Origin: Nitrospinota bacterium
GTDB lineage: Bacteria > UBA8248
Assembly (NCBI GenBank): GCA_030754595.1
Contig: JASLZZ010000084.1
Span: forward strand, 1 to 64,000
Direction of reading: 5' to 3'
Length of the DNA stretch: 64,000 bases
Both the position numbers and the translations under genes were made by a program. The notes under the pieces are model-generated. The model was not told the origin of the DNA. It did not search any database and worked only from the letters and a program-made list of their open reading frames with translations. Shown one piece after another: positions 1 to 10,312 of the stretch; the first letter of the stretch is position 1; each line of letters opens with the position of its first letter.

Positions 1-190
1 ATGAAGCAAAGGTGCTGGTGGAGCGCTGGCGGCATATCTACAACAGAATCAGGCCGCACAGCTCGCTAGGCTATCGGCCTCCAGCTCCTGAAACAAAAGA
101 ACCATGGCCTCCGGGCTTCGCTCCGCTTCGCCCTTCGTCCATGGTTCCAGGACTCTCATAGGAAATGGTACAACTATCGGGGGCAGGTCA
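1..190 (+). mobile_element. Right end of an IS3-family (IS407-group-like) insertion sequence, cut by the window edge
   Basis: Frame 3 reads EAKVLVERWRHIYNRIRPHSSLGYRPPAPE (typical IS3 transposase C-terminus), stop TAG 159-161; sequence then ends ...GGGGGCAGGTCA at 190 (reverse complement TGACCTGCCCCC, an IS407-type terminal inverted repeat). Confidence 0.9.
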
Positions 191-450
191 ATATGAAACC
201 GGCCCCGCCGAAGAGCGGCCTTTCCGGAGTAAGAGGAAACCGGAAAATTCTTCTCGTGGCCGGCGCTTTTGTTTCCTCTGCCGGCCCCGGTTCGTCTGGC
301 TTCGCTGTCAGCTGCGCTTCCACGTCTCCGCTTTCACTTCATCATCGACGGGCTTTGTTTCGGCTCGATTTTTTTGTTCTCCTTCAGCGACAATAAAATA
401 TTTGCCAGCCATTTCTCGTCGTTTCTCCCGGCATAGTCCGCCCTGAATGA

Positions 451-861
451 TCACGGCGCCTCCGGGCGCGGCATGTCGTCCGGCGGTGAGGCGACGACGA
501 CGAATTCCAGATCGACGTTTCCGGGATTTTCGATTCCGTGCATCACGCCGGGCGGGATGAAGATCACGGCTCCGGGTTCGCATATATGCGCTTTATCGTC
601 CAGGGTGACCCGCGCCGCTCCCTTGAGTATGTAATAGATATTTTCGGCCCGATCATGTTTATGCGCTTCCGCATAGCCGCCGGGCTGATATATCGAAATC
701 CGAAAATCAAAGTGGCGGATCTCCGAGTTTTCGGGGGCGACAAGCATCTTGGAGAGCGCGTTATAGTGGGCGGGAGGCGCCAACCAGGGTTTTTCCTCTT
801 GCCTGAAAATGAGAGCATCCATGAAAAGCTCATGAGTAGGGAAAGATAGATGTTTCTTCAT
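451..861 (-). CDS. Cupin-domain protein
   Basis: Cupin motifs HKHDRAENIYYILKG and GAVIFIPPGVMHGIEN; start taken at MKKHLSF (861), uncertain. Confidence 0.85.
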   Translation of the reverse strand: MKKHLSFPTHELFMDALIFRQEEKPWLAPPAHYNALSKMLVAPENSEIRHFDFRISIYQPGGYAEAHKHDRAENIYYILKGAARVTLDDKAHICEPGAVIFIPPGVMHGIENPGNVDLEFVVVASPPDDMPRPEAP

Positions 862-933
862 TGAACGGCCGTTATTATGATACGTTCCGCAACGCCTGGA
901 AAAGAGCATCCTCTCATATTAAGGAATTGACTC

Positions 934-1602
934 ATGGAAATCGTTCGAAGCCGTGATCTGGGCCTCTTTGCACCCAACTACGATATGGAAGCGGACGAGG
1001 TGGAGGGGTATCTCGAATGGCTCCACGGCGAGCACCTTCCGCGGACGCTGGTCGAGGGGTCGTTTTCGGCCATCTCCCACTACGAGGCGATTGAGGCGCC
1101 AAAACGATTCCAGCTGTTGGAAATCATGCCCTCCTACTCCAGTTTTCACAGCGCCGGAAGGCTGGAGGCGGCAAAACGCCTTCCCGCCAGCGTCGCGGAA
1201 ATGATGGCGCTTCGGCTCGGCCAGGTTCGAAGCCATTACGCCGAGGTGTCGCGGGCGGATGGGCCGGCTGCATCGGGCCCGGGCCTGGCCATCGGGCCGG
1301 CGGTATGTTTACTACGTTTTTCGGTCGCCCTGGAAGCGCGGCCCGATTTTAATGCTTGGCTCGGGCGTGAGCATTTCGGCGAGGCCGCCAATATCGAAGG
1401 GCTGCGCTCTTTCCGCCGCTACCTGGCGGTGGAGGGAGAGCCGAAAAATCTTCTCTTGTACGAGTTCGATTCCGAGGAGGCCCTTCTGGCCGGGAGCGTC
1501 GAGCGGACCTGGACAACCCCATGGGCGGAGAAAATCTCCCCGTCGGTGGTGCACGACGTAAACTCGCGGGTTCTCTACCGCCGGATATGGAGCCAAGGTT
1601 AG
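934..1602 (+). CDS. Two-domain dimeric alpha/beta-barrel protein (EthD/DUF4286-like)
   Basis: Repeated motif YLEWLHGEHLP / FNAWLGREHFG followed by RRY...LLLYE. Confidence 0.6.
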   Translation: MEIVRSRDLGLFAPNYDMEADEVEGYLEWLHGEHLPRTLVEGSFSAISHYEAIEAPKRFQLLEIMPSYSSFHSAGRLEAAKRLPASVAEMMALRLGQVRSHYAEVSRADGPAASGPGLAIGPAVCLLRFSVALEARPDFNAWLGREHFGEAANIEGLRSFRRYLAVEGEPKNLLLYEFDSEEALLAGSVERTWTTPWAEKISPSVVHDVNSRVLYRRIWSQG

Positions 1603-1611
1603 TCCCTTTTT

Positions 1612-3405
1612 TCACTCGATAATCGTCCTTGCTCCGATGGCCGGTTCCCCGTGGCCCAGGCCGGGCAGCTCCCACACCCCCGCGCCAACGGGGTTTCCTT
1701 CACCCTGAATATTCGCGTCGATGACACACGGCGCATTCGCCTTGATGGCATCCTCCACCGCCTCGCCGAGATCTTTCGCTTTCTCGACCCGGACACCGTT
1801 GATACCGGCGCTGCGTGCCATGGCGGCGAAATCGGGATTATAGGGCTCCGATGAGCTCGGGTCCTTGAAATCGGTGACGAGTTCCCGCCCATCGAGATAG
1901 CCGCGCTGCAGGCCGCGGATGGAAGCGTACGCGTAGTTGTTCCATACCACCCAAATAGCGGGAATTTTGTATTCGACCGCTGTGGCGATGACGTTTGCGT
2001 GCATGAGGAAGGCGCCGTCTCCGCACACCGACAGGCAGGGTCTTCCCGGGGCGGCGATAGCGGCCCCCAAAACGCCCGCCACTCCGAAACCCATGGCCCC
2101 GAAACCCATGGACCCGATGAGCGAGAGCGGGTTTTTGGGGGTGCAATACTGGATGAGCCAGTTATGGTGAACGCCCACGTCGCTCACTAGGATGGCGTCG
2201 TCGGGGAGCACTTTATCGATTTCGTGCGCCGCGCGCTGTGGGTGAATCGGGGTGGTGTCCTGCTGGTAGCCGGGAGCGGTCCATTCCTCCCATTCGTTTC
2301 GCCAGCCGTCGATATCGCGGAGCCAGGCCTCCCTGGCTGCGGGAATCTCGTTTTTCGTTTTCCGGGCGTCGAGTTCGTCGAGCACCTGCCCGAGGAAAGT
2401 CCGAACGTCGGCCATGAGGCCGAGGGCAACGGGGTAGTTGCGAGCGATTTCCTCGGGGTCGATATCCACATGAATCAACCGGGTGGGAGGAATATTGAAG
2501 GAATAGCCCGGGAGCCAGCTGCTCGATGTACGGTCGTCGAACCGGACACCGAGGGCCAGCAGGACATCGGCCTGCCGGGCGGCGTGGTTCGCCGGGTAGG
2601 TTCCGTTCCGGGCGATGAGGCCCAGCGATAGCGGATGGTGGGTGTCGATGGCGCCAATGCCGCTCGAGGAGTTCACCACCGGAATCCGGAGCCGCTCGGC
2701 CAGCCGGAGCATATCCGCCGCCGCGCCTCCGTACTTGACCCCCTGACCCACCATGATGACGGGGCGTTCGGCCTCAAGGAGCATATCGACCGCCTTTTTT
2801 ACGCCGTCGGGGTCGGCCCCGCATCGGCACGAGATGTTGGCGTCCCAGTCTTTCGCCTGGGGCATTTCGAGGTCGGTCTCTTCCTTGAAAATATCGAAGG
2901 GGACATCGAGGACCACGGGACCCGGGCGGCCGGTGACCATGGTTTTCCAGGCCTGGCGGGTGAAGAGGGGAACCTGCTCGGCCCGGGTGGGCTGGTACAC
3001 GCGCTTGCAAAAAGGCTTGACGGCCGAGGGAAAATCCGCCTGATAGTGGCGGTAGGCCTCCTGGAAAGCGCCTCTGTTGAACTGATCGGTGGGGATGTTT
3101 CCGGTGATGGCGAGGAAGGGGACCGAATCGAAAAAAGCGTTGGCGAGGCTGATGGGCATATTGGCAGAGCCAGGGCCGCAGGAAGTGAAGGTGGCGGCCG
3201 GGCGGCCGGCGACCCGGTAGTAAACATCCGCCATGAAACCCGAGACGGATTCGTGGCGGACCGAATAGGAGGTGATTTCGTCTGATCGCTCATAGAGCGC
3301 GTCGATGAAACTGATGTTTCCGTGTCCGCAGAGACCGAAAAGGTCGGTAGTCCCTTCCTGAATCAGGTAGTCGGTAATAATTTGACCGCCGTTCATTCGT
3401 GTCAA
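1612..3405 (-). CDS. ThDP-dependent enzyme, acetolactate-synthase-like superfamily (IolD-like GHGN motif)
   Basis: FGLCGHGNI, VRHE, GPGSAN, GRPGPV, ThDP motif GDGAF...NN. Confidence 0.9.
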   Translation of the reverse strand: MTRMNGGQIITDYLIQEGTTDLFGLCGHGNISFIDALYERSDEITSYSVRHESVSGFMADVYYRVAGRPAATFTSCGPGSANMPISLANAFFDSVPFLAITGNIPTDQFNRGAFQEAYRHYQADFPSAVKPFCKRVYQPTRAEQVPLFTRQAWKTMVTGRPGPVVLDVPFDIFKEETDLEMPQAKDWDANISCRCGADPDGVKKAVDMLLEAERPVIMVGQGVKYGGAAADMLRLAERLRIPVVNSSSGIGAIDTHHPLSLGLIARNGTYPANHAARQADVLLALGVRFDDRTSSSWLPGYSFNIPPTRLIHVDIDPEEIARNYPVALGLMADVRTFLGQVLDELDARKTKNEIPAAREAWLRDIDGWRNEWEEWTAPGYQQDTTPIHPQRAAHEIDKVLPDDAILVSDVGVHHNWLIQYCTPKNPLSLIGSMGFGAMGFGVAGVLGAAIAAPGRPCLSVCGDGAFLMHANVIATAVEYKIPAIWVVWNNYAYASIRGLQRGYLDGRELVTDFKDPSSSEPYNPDFAAMARSAGINGVRVEKAKDLGEAVEDAIKANAPCVIDANIQGEGNPVGAGVWELPGLGHGEPAIGARTIIE

Positions 3406-3449
3406 GGTCTCACTCCTTATCGATGTTGATGAAATAAATTTTGTTGATT

Positions 3450-4460
3450 TTATCCGATCCGGGGGAGCACTTCCCGCCCCAACATCTCGATTATCGCGAT
3501 ACGCTCTTCAAGCCTGAAAGGCATGGCCACGAGAAAAGTCTCGACGTTCATTTCCGCCAGCCCCTCGAACCGGCTAACGACATCGGAGGTCGTGCCTACG
3601 ATCCCGAACCGATCGATCATGAAGTCGGTTACATATTTGGCGTTCTCCGTGCCGGGTCCCAGGTCGGTTTCGTCGTAATTCTCGCGGAAAGCCCTCGCCT
3701 CCGGCAGAAATTCCTCGGGAACCGCGTGATAGGCGACGCGGAAGTTCTGGTTCGCGAATGAGGTGATTCGGGACTTGATGGCCCGGCGCACCTTTTCCCG
3801 GTCTTCATCGAAGCTGAGGAGTCCATCGATCCAGACGGGGACGCTGCCCTTCGGCTTTCCGGCGGCGGCCTCCCCCTCGGCCACGCAGCCGCGAACCCAT
3901 TCGATGGTTTCAGGGGAGAGACCGGCGAGCGTGATCAGGCCGTCCGCGAGTTCTCCGCCCAGCGCAAGTGTTTTTGGACCGCCCGCGGCGAGGTAGACCG
4001 GGAGGTCCGGCTTGCGCCAATTGGAGGCGAGGGCTTGCCCCTCAAAATCGACACTTTCTCCGCTCAGGAGTTTTTTTAAAACAGTGAGCGACTCCCGCAT
4101 GGTGCTCAGGCGAACGGCTTTCTTCCCGATGAGGTGGACGGCGGTGTCTCCCGTACCGACTCCCAGGAGCATCCTGCCGCCCGAAATATCGTCGATCGAG
4201 CCGGCGGCGTTCGTGGTTACCGAGAGGTGCCGGGTGAGGGGGTTGGTCACGCATTTTCCGATCGTCGCCTTGGCGGTAATTCGGGAGGCGAGGGCGAGCA
4301 GGGTGTAGGGATCGTGAACATGAAACCGGGACAGGGACACGCTGTCCGCGAACAGGATGGGATCAAATCCCAGACCTTCTGATCTTTTAACGAAGTCCAG
4401 AATTTCGTCAATCGGCCGAAAATCATGCATGGGTCCGATGTGCAGTCCGACGCGCATCAA
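3450..4460 (-). CDS. LLM-class flavin/F420-dependent oxidoreductase (Mer-like)
   Basis: VTNPLTRH, SGGRMLLGVGTGD, PVYLAAGGPKTLALGGELADG. Confidence 0.9.
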   Translation of the reverse strand: MMRVGLHIGPMHDFRPIDEILDFVKRSEGLGFDPILFADSVSLSRFHVHDPYTLLALASRITAKATIGKCVTNPLTRHLSVTTNAAGSIDDISGGRMLLGVGTGDTAVHLIGKKAVRLSTMRESLTVLKKLLSGESVDFEGQALASNWRKPDLPVYLAAGGPKTLALGGELADGLITLAGLSPETIEWVRGCVAEGEAAAGKPKGSVPVWIDGLLSFDEDREKVRRAIKSRITSFANQNFRVAYHAVPEEFLPEARAFRENYDETDLGPGTENAKYVTDFMIDRFGIVGTTSDVVSRFEGLAEMNVETFLVAMPFRLEERIAIIEMLGREVLPRIG

Positions 4461-4764
4461 ATGACTCCAGGAAATTAACTTCGGTGTACCTATCTACTTG
4501 AATTTCGACAGCCTGCGGACCATGCCGGCAATGGCGGCGAAAGAAAGGCCTTTCATTGAACCAGAGAGAATAGCATATCAAATTAGGTGCATCCATAAAC
4601 TTGTGCTTTGATCCTCGGGGCCGCTCCAGTTAGGATGGAAAAGAGGAAATTCGGTGGTCTCTTGGCGGCAACGGGGCAAAATCGGGACCTCGGTCCGATA
4701 CCCTATCCCGGATTTTGCAGGGTGCGACCTTGAGATGCGTCAATAATTCTTAGTATAGGGGATA

Positions 4765-5751
4765 GTGAAGATGGGAATTAGTTTCAGCCTCCACCTGGTT
4801 CCGGACGACATTGGTTTATTGGCGAAGCGGGCGAGATTCGCCGAAGAGAACGGCTTTGATCAGGTTTGGGTGGCGGAAAGCCATCTCACCTGCCGGGACC
4901 ACAATGTCGCCCTCGCCGTTGCGATTCAGAATACAACCAACATCAAAATCGGCCCCGGTGTGACAAACCCGGTCCTTCACGACAACTCGGTCGCGGCGAG
5001 CACAATCGCCACCCTGGACGAGTTGTCGGGAGGCAGGGTCCTTTTCGGCATCGGCTCGGGAGATACCCCCGTTTACACGCTCGGTAAAAAAATGGCCCGC
5101 CTCGCCACCATGCGTACGTCTATTCATCAGATCAGAAGTTTCATCCGGGGCGAGGAGGTTGAGTACGCCGAAGGAGTTAACGTCAAGATATGGAGCCAGC
5201 GCGATATTCCCATCTATACCTCGGCGGAAGGGCCCAAGACTCTTCAGATGTCAGGTGAAATCGCCGATGGCGTGATGGTCGGCTCGGGCGTATACGAGGA
5301 AACGGTTGGCTGGGTGATGAAGCATCTGGGCGCCGGTATCGCCAACAGGGATGCCGGTCTCGGCGTGCTCGATATCATTTTCGGGGCTGTCGTTTCCGTG
5401 GACCGGGACGGTCATGCCGCAAGGGAAAAAGTGAGGTCCCGGGTGGCCAACCGCGCGCATCATAACTTCAGGATGACGCTTGATTCGGTTCCCGAGGAAT
5501 TCCGGACCGAAATCCAAAACCTTCTCGATAACTTCGATGTGAGCAACTGGCGGCACCCAAAGCATGTGCCTCTGATTACCGACTACATTCTTGATCGGTT
5601 CACGATTACGGGGACTCCCGAAGATTGTGTGAAGCGGATCAAGGAAGTGGAGAGTTATGGCGTGAAATCCATCATGATCGATCCGCCTTCGCAGGATTTT
5701 GACGAATCTCTCGAAATGTTTGCGAAAGAAGTATTGCCCCATTGCATTTAA
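4765..5751 (+). CDS. LLM-class flavin/F420-dependent oxidoreductase (Mer-like)
   Basis: GPGVTNP, LDELSGGRVLFGIGSGD, AEGPKTLQMSGEIADG. Confidence 0.9.
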   Translation: MKMGISFSLHLVPDDIGLLAKRARFAEENGFDQVWVAESHLTCRDHNVALAVAIQNTTNIKIGPGVTNPVLHDNSVAASTIATLDELSGGRVLFGIGSGDTPVYTLGKKMARLATMRTSIHQIRSFIRGEEVEYAEGVNVKIWSQRDIPIYTSAEGPKTLQMSGEIADGVMVGSGVYEETVGWVMKHLGAGIANRDAGLGVLDIIFGAVVSVDRDGHAAREKVRSRVANRAHHNFRMTLDSVPEEFRTEIQNLLDNFDVSNWRHPKHVPLITDYILDRFTITGTPEDCVKRIKEVESYGVKSIMIDPPSQDFDESLEMFAKEVLPHCI

Positions 5752-5769
5752 CAGGAGATCGGAAATTCC

Positions 5770-6933
5770 ATGTCAGACCGCAGCCGGTTGAGCCACAAGT
5801 GGATTACCGAGGAGTTTTATAAGGTCCTCGATGTATACGGTTTTCGCGCGACAATGTTTGTCGAGTGGGGGTTTCGCCCGGCCGATGTAAAACGCACGAC
5901 GGAGCGAATCAAGGTGCCCGGCTCGGTGGTCAAGGAGTGGGTGAGAACAGCGGCGCAGGAAGAGGCGTTCGCCCGGGAAGCCGAGGCGGCCGGACACCGG
6001 CCAAGCGCCGCGGAGCTCTATTACCGCGCCGCCCTCTACTATGGCCCCGCTTGCGGCACCCTTCACACGAACAGCTCCCGGAAGCTTGAGCTCTACGGCA
6101 AGATGGTCTCTTGCTACGAAAAATTTATTGGTCTTTTTGACGAGGCGCCTGTAGAGCGGGTGGAGATTCCGTTTGAAAACGGAAAAACCATCCCCGGAAT
6201 TCTCCAGGCCGTCCCCGGCGTCGAAAACGCTCCCTGTATCCTTGTCGTGCCCGGCATGGACACCATCAAGGAATACATGCCCAGCCCATATCACAACCAT
6301 TTCCGCCGGCGCGGTCTGGCCACCCTCAGTATCGACGGCCCCGGGCAGGGAGAGAGCAACACCCGGGAAACCTGGGTGACCCTGGATAACTTCGAGCGCG
6401 CGGGATCGGCCGCGATCGATTATCTGGAGACCCGCCCCGAGGTGGATGCAAACCGCGTGGGCCTCTACGGATGGAGCATGGGGAGCTACTGGGGGCCGCG
6501 CATTGCCGCTCACGACGAACGCCTCAAGGCCTGCGCCGGCGCGATGGGCGTTTATCTTCAGAAAGACACGATTTTCAAGTCCGGAAAGCCCGCTTACCGC
6601 GCAAACTATATGTATATGTCCGACATCCATGACGATGACGAATTCGACGCCATGGCCGAGCAGATGACCCTTGAACCGTTGGCCGGGGAAATACGCTGTC
6701 CAACGCTTCTGGCGATGGGGGAATTTGACGAGCTTTGCCCGCTCGAGGACGCCGAGCGTCTTTTCGATATGCTCCAGTGTCCCAAAGAGCTTTGGATCTA
6801 TGAAAATGAAACGCATACGTTTGGATCGCGGCTTCCCGATTTCTATCTTTCCGTTGCGGACTGGCTTCATGACGCGCTGGAAGGAAAATTCGGGGAAGGC
6901 CATGCGAGAAGGCATTTTATCGAGGCCCGTTGA
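5770..6933 (+). CDS. Alpha/beta hydrolase, FrsA/2,6-dihydroxypseudooxynicotine hydrolase-like
   Basis: PGMDTIKE, DGPGQGE, nucleophile elbow GWSMG, GEFDEL, ETH. Confidence 0.85.
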   Translation: MSDRSRLSHKWITEEFYKVLDVYGFRATMFVEWGFRPADVKRTTERIKVPGSVVKEWVRTAAQEEAFAREAEAAGHRPSAAELYYRAALYYGPACGTLHTNSSRKLELYGKMVSCYEKFIGLFDEAPVERVEIPFENGKTIPGILQAVPGVENAPCILVVPGMDTIKEYMPSPYHNHFRRRGLATLSIDGPGQGESNTRETWVTLDNFERAGSAAIDYLETRPEVDANRVGLYGWSMGSYWGPRIAAHDERLKACAGAMGVYLQKDTIFKSGKPAYRANYMYMSDIHDDDEFDAMAEQMTLEPLAGEIRCPTLLAMGEFDELCPLEDAERLFDMLQCPKELWIYENETHTFGSRLPDFYLSVADWLHDALEGKFGEGHARRHFIEAR

Positions 6934-7016
6934 TGAAGGGGCGGCGAAAATTTGAATTCACATAGGGGAGTTTTTGCACCATTTGCACACCACATTTTGC
7001 AGAAAAGGAGACCAAA

Positions 7017-7322
7017 ATGATGAGGCGAATGGGATGGTTTGGGGTATTGGTGGCTGCTGTATTCATGGTGTCGGGATTTGTTGGCTTGTCCGCCGAAACG
7101 GTTTCCGCTCAGAAGCGAATTACGATGAAAGGCGGTCAGATTCGGGGCGTTTATAACAGATGGACGAGCGCCTATGCCGTCTGTCTGACAAAGGAGCTCG
7201 CCGGAATCCAGGTGTCCTCCGAATCCTCGACTGGAGCTTCCGAAAAAGATCGTTCGGTGAATTCGGGTGCGGTCGAATTGGCGCTCACTTTTTCGAGCGA
7301 ATCGTTTTTAGGTGTTGTTTAG
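7017..7322 (+). pseudogene. N-terminal fragment of a TAXI-family TRAP solute-binding protein
   Basis: Signal peptide, then GGQIRGVY...ESSTGASE...VNSGAVELAL; stops at 101 aa, about a third of the usual length. Confidence 0.75.
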
Positions 7323-7365
7323 CGGCAATGGTAACATAAAAATAAAATAGTTACGAAATAGCTTA

Positions 7366-7764
7366 GTGGCAAAAGCGCGATATGGGAACCCATGGGTTTC
7401 CGATCCCTGGAAGACGGGCTGGATGAGTTTCCGTTTCGCTAAATTGCTCTATGTGATTCCTTTTCTCTTCGCCTATACGCCGATCCTGCTGACCGGTTCC
7501 GTGAAGCTGGCGGTATGGGTCATGGGCGCGGCTGTGGTTGGGACGGTCGCATTCTCTGCGTGGACGATGGGATATTTCCTGCGAAGGACCAGCATCGTAG
7601 AGTGGCTTGCGGTCGGCGCCGCGGCCGCCATGTACTTTATTCCGGGAAACTTCATTCTTCAGGGAGGGATATCGGGGTACGCGGTGAACCTCGCGGGGGC
7701 AGCCTTGCTCGGCGGAGTCTACCTCTGGCAGTGGAGGTCGCCGGTCGCCGCTGCTCCCGCATGA
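7366..7764 (+). pseudogene. C-terminal fragment of a TRAP fused (4TM/12TM) permease
   Basis: SDPWKTGWMSFRFAKLLYVIPFLFAYTPILL followed by TM helices; the N-terminal majority is missing. Confidence 0.75.
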
Positions 7765-7825
7765 TTTTGGTGAATTGGCAGGTGTTTGCATTTTGGGAGT
7801 TGATGAATTTTGGGAGGGGAGCATT

Positions 7826-8548
7826 ATGGAAAATGACTCCGGCAGGATGATTGATAGCTCGGACTTGACGAAGGAAATGAACGAGGCTCTCCATTTGGAA
7901 CCCCGAAAATCCGCCGTGGTGACCATCGATTGTCAGCGCGGGAATTTAGAGCCCGATATCGCTTCGCTCCCTGTGCCCGATTCGGAGTGCGAGCGCGTGA
8001 TTGCTGGGACGAACCGGCTGCTCTCCCTTGCCCGGAAGTTGGGGATCTCCATCATCCATGTTTATACGGTTTACGAAGAGCCGCTTCTCGGCAAGCACCC
8101 TTTCGAGGTGACCATGCTCGAAGCAAGGCAGTCGTTTACACTTCACCGGCAAAGCGATTTCGCGCGCCACAAATCGCCCGGCTCCCCCGAGGGGGAACTC
8201 GTCCCGGACCTGGACGTCCGGCCTAACGACTATCTGATCGACAGCAAACGCACTTTCGATATGTTTTACGGGACCCAATTGGAAAGTCTCTTGCGCGGCC
8301 TGGGTTCCGAGACGCTTTTCATCGCCGGTTGCAATACGAATACCTGTGTCCTTGCCTCGGTGTTCGGGGCGTATTGCCGTGGTTACCGGATGGTAGTTCC
8401 CGAAGATTGCGTCGCATCCGCTTATGGTGAAGACCTGCACCAATTCGCTCTCGCCAATATTCAGCGGCGGCTTGGCTGGGTGCTCACCCTGGATGAACTT
8501 GAGGAAAAATTGGGGGCCTCCGCCGGCACCGGCGGAGCGGCCCGATAG
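7826..8548 (+). CDS. Isochorismatase-family cysteine hydrolase
   Basis: IDCQ, KRTFDMF, GCNTNTCV (Asp-Lys-Cys triad); RBS GGAGGGGAG before ATG 7826. Confidence 0.9.
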   Translation: MENDSGRMIDSSDLTKEMNEALHLEPRKSAVVTIDCQRGNLEPDIASLPVPDSECERVIAGTNRLLSLARKLGISIIHVYTVYEEPLLGKHPFEVTMLEARQSFTLHRQSDFARHKSPGSPEGELVPDLDVRPNDYLIDSKRTFDMFYGTQLESLLRGLGSETLFIAGCNTNTCVLASVFGAYCRGYRMVVPEDCVASAYGEDLHQFALANIQRRLGWVLTLDELEEKLGASAGTGGAAR

Positions 8549-8559
8549 GAGAGACCCGA

Positions 8560-9279
8560 ATGACCAGCACCACCGAACCGGAAGTTCGCTACCAGGTCGC
8601 TCTGGCGGGCCGGATCCTCGACTTCCTGGGCCAGTCGGACGCAATCTTGGGCTTTGTCGGCGCGCGGGCGGCCGACGGCGCCTCGTTCTGGATGAAGCAG
8701 ATGCCCATGGGTCTTGATGAGGTGAATCCCGGGGATCTTCTCCGCCTCGACTACGAGGGAAACGTCGTCGAGGGCGAGGGGCGCAAGCACAACGAATGGG
8801 TCCTTTTCGCGGCAATGTTCAGGGATCATTCCGAAATAGCGGCTGCTGTCCACACTCACGCGCCTTATTGCCTGGCCGTGGCGGCTCAGGGCAAGAGCAT
8901 CGAGCCCTTCGATCAGTTCGGAACCTATTTTTACTCAAACGGCGTCCCTCTCTTCGAGGAGACCCCCGATCGGGTTTACACCTTCGAGCTGGCCGAGGCC
9001 ATTTTGGATCGGATGGGAGATTGCCCCGCATCGATCATCACCTATCACGGCATTTTGACCCATGGCGCGAGTGTCCGGGAGGCGTGTATGCGCGCCGTCT
9101 ATCTGGAGAAGGCCGCTCAGACCCAACTCCTCGCCTACCAGGGCGGCGCGGCGCGGCCGCTCGACGACGTCCTTGCCCGAAAACTCGGGCTGAATGCGCC
9201 CTACGACCTTCTTTACGAATTTTCATGGAATTATTACGAGCGGCAAATCCGCAAGAAGTCTCCCGATTTCGGCGCCTAG
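8560..9279 (+). CDS. Class II aldolase/adducin-family protein
   Basis: AVHTHAPY, HGILTHG, AVYLEKAAQTQL. Confidence 0.85.
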   Translation: MTSTTEPEVRYQVALAGRILDFLGQSDAILGFVGARAADGASFWMKQMPMGLDEVNPGDLLRLDYEGNVVEGEGRKHNEWVLFAAMFRDHSEIAAAVHTHAPYCLAVAAQGKSIEPFDQFGTYFYSNGVPLFEETPDRVYTFELAEAILDRMGDCPASIITYHGILTHGASVREACMRAVYLEKAAQTQLLAYQGGAARPLDDVLARKLGLNAPYDLLYEFSWNYYERQIRKKSPDFGA

Positions 9280-9348
9280 CTTTTCTCCGGGCGCCGCTGC
9301 CTTGTAGAATGCGTCTCCTCGCGCCCCGTTTTTTTTGAAGGAGAAGTA

Positions 9349-10233
9349 ATGCAGGACGAAAGATATCCCCTGTGCCCGGGTCCCGACCCAGACACCAGAA
9401 CGCCTCGGATCAAGGCGCCTCCAGGCGCTTGCGACACGCATGCCCATATTTTCGGCTCCGAGGACAAATACCCCTTGTCCCCGCGGCGTGGCTATACCCC
9501 GCCTCTCTGCCCGATAGAGGATTATTTCAAGCTCCACGAAATCCTCGGGATCGAGCGCGGTGTATTGGTTCAGGCAAGCGCCTACGGCACCGATAACGCG
9601 ATGATCATGGATGCACTCGCCGAAACAGGTGGCCGTCTTCGCGCCGTTGCGGCGGTGAATGGTGCTGTCTCCGACAAAGAGCTTGAGCAAATGAACGATG
9701 CAGGCGTGAGGGGTATTCGCATCAACCTGGCCGATCCGGGCGGCAATCCGTTTTCCGGTTTCGATGAAATCGGAAAAATGGCCGACCGCATCAAGGACCT
9801 CGGCTGGCACATCGAGTTTCTCATTCATGTGAACGATTTCCCGGATCTCGGGAAAACCATCGCGGCTCTGCCGGTGGATTCGGTATTCGGTCATCTGGGC
9901 TACGTGCCCACCTCCGAGGGAATCGACAATCCGGGTTTCCGAGAGTTTCTCGTTCTGGTCCAGGAGGGGCGCACCTGGGTAAAGCTTACGGCGCCGAACC
10001 GGATCACCGGACTGGAGCGTCCCCCATACACCGACGTGGACCCGTTCGGGAGGGCGCTGGTGGAGGCCAATCCAGACAGGATGATATGGGGCTCCGACTG
10101 GCCCCACGTTTATTTCTTCAAATTCACTCCGAACGATGCCGACCTGCTGGACCAGCTGGGCGACTGGGCGCCGGACGAGGTGGTTTTGAAGAAAATTTTG
10201 GTGGACAACCCCGCTTCGTTGTACGGGTTCTAA
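9349..10233 (+). CDS. Amidohydrolase_2 family protein (2-pyrone-4,6-dicarboxylate lactonase LigI-like)
   Basis: PPGACDTHAHIFG, YGTDN, GVRGIRIN, WGSDWPH, DNPASLYGF. Confidence 0.85.
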   Translation: MQDERYPLCPGPDPDTRTPRIKAPPGACDTHAHIFGSEDKYPLSPRRGYTPPLCPIEDYFKLHEILGIERGVLVQASAYGTDNAMIMDALAETGGRLRAVAAVNGAVSDKELEQMNDAGVRGIRINLADPGGNPFSGFDEIGKMADRIKDLGWHIEFLIHVNDFPDLGKTIAALPVDSVFGHLGYVPTSEGIDNPGFREFLVLVQEGRTWVKLTAPNRITGLERPPYTDVDPFGRALVEANPDRMIWGSDWPHVYFFKFTPNDADLLDQLGDWAPDEVVLKKILVDNPASLYGF

Positions 10234-10312
10234 GGGTGATAAGGATGTTAATCCGACCCTAGCCGGTTGACGCGGTAACAATTTAACTTTTTGGAAATAT
10301 TAGGAGAATGAT

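Noticed and set aside
191..412. Possible frameshifted minus-strand gene (MAGKYFIV...) interrupted by the IS
   Set aside because: No recognisable family, and joining the frames requires an assumed indel
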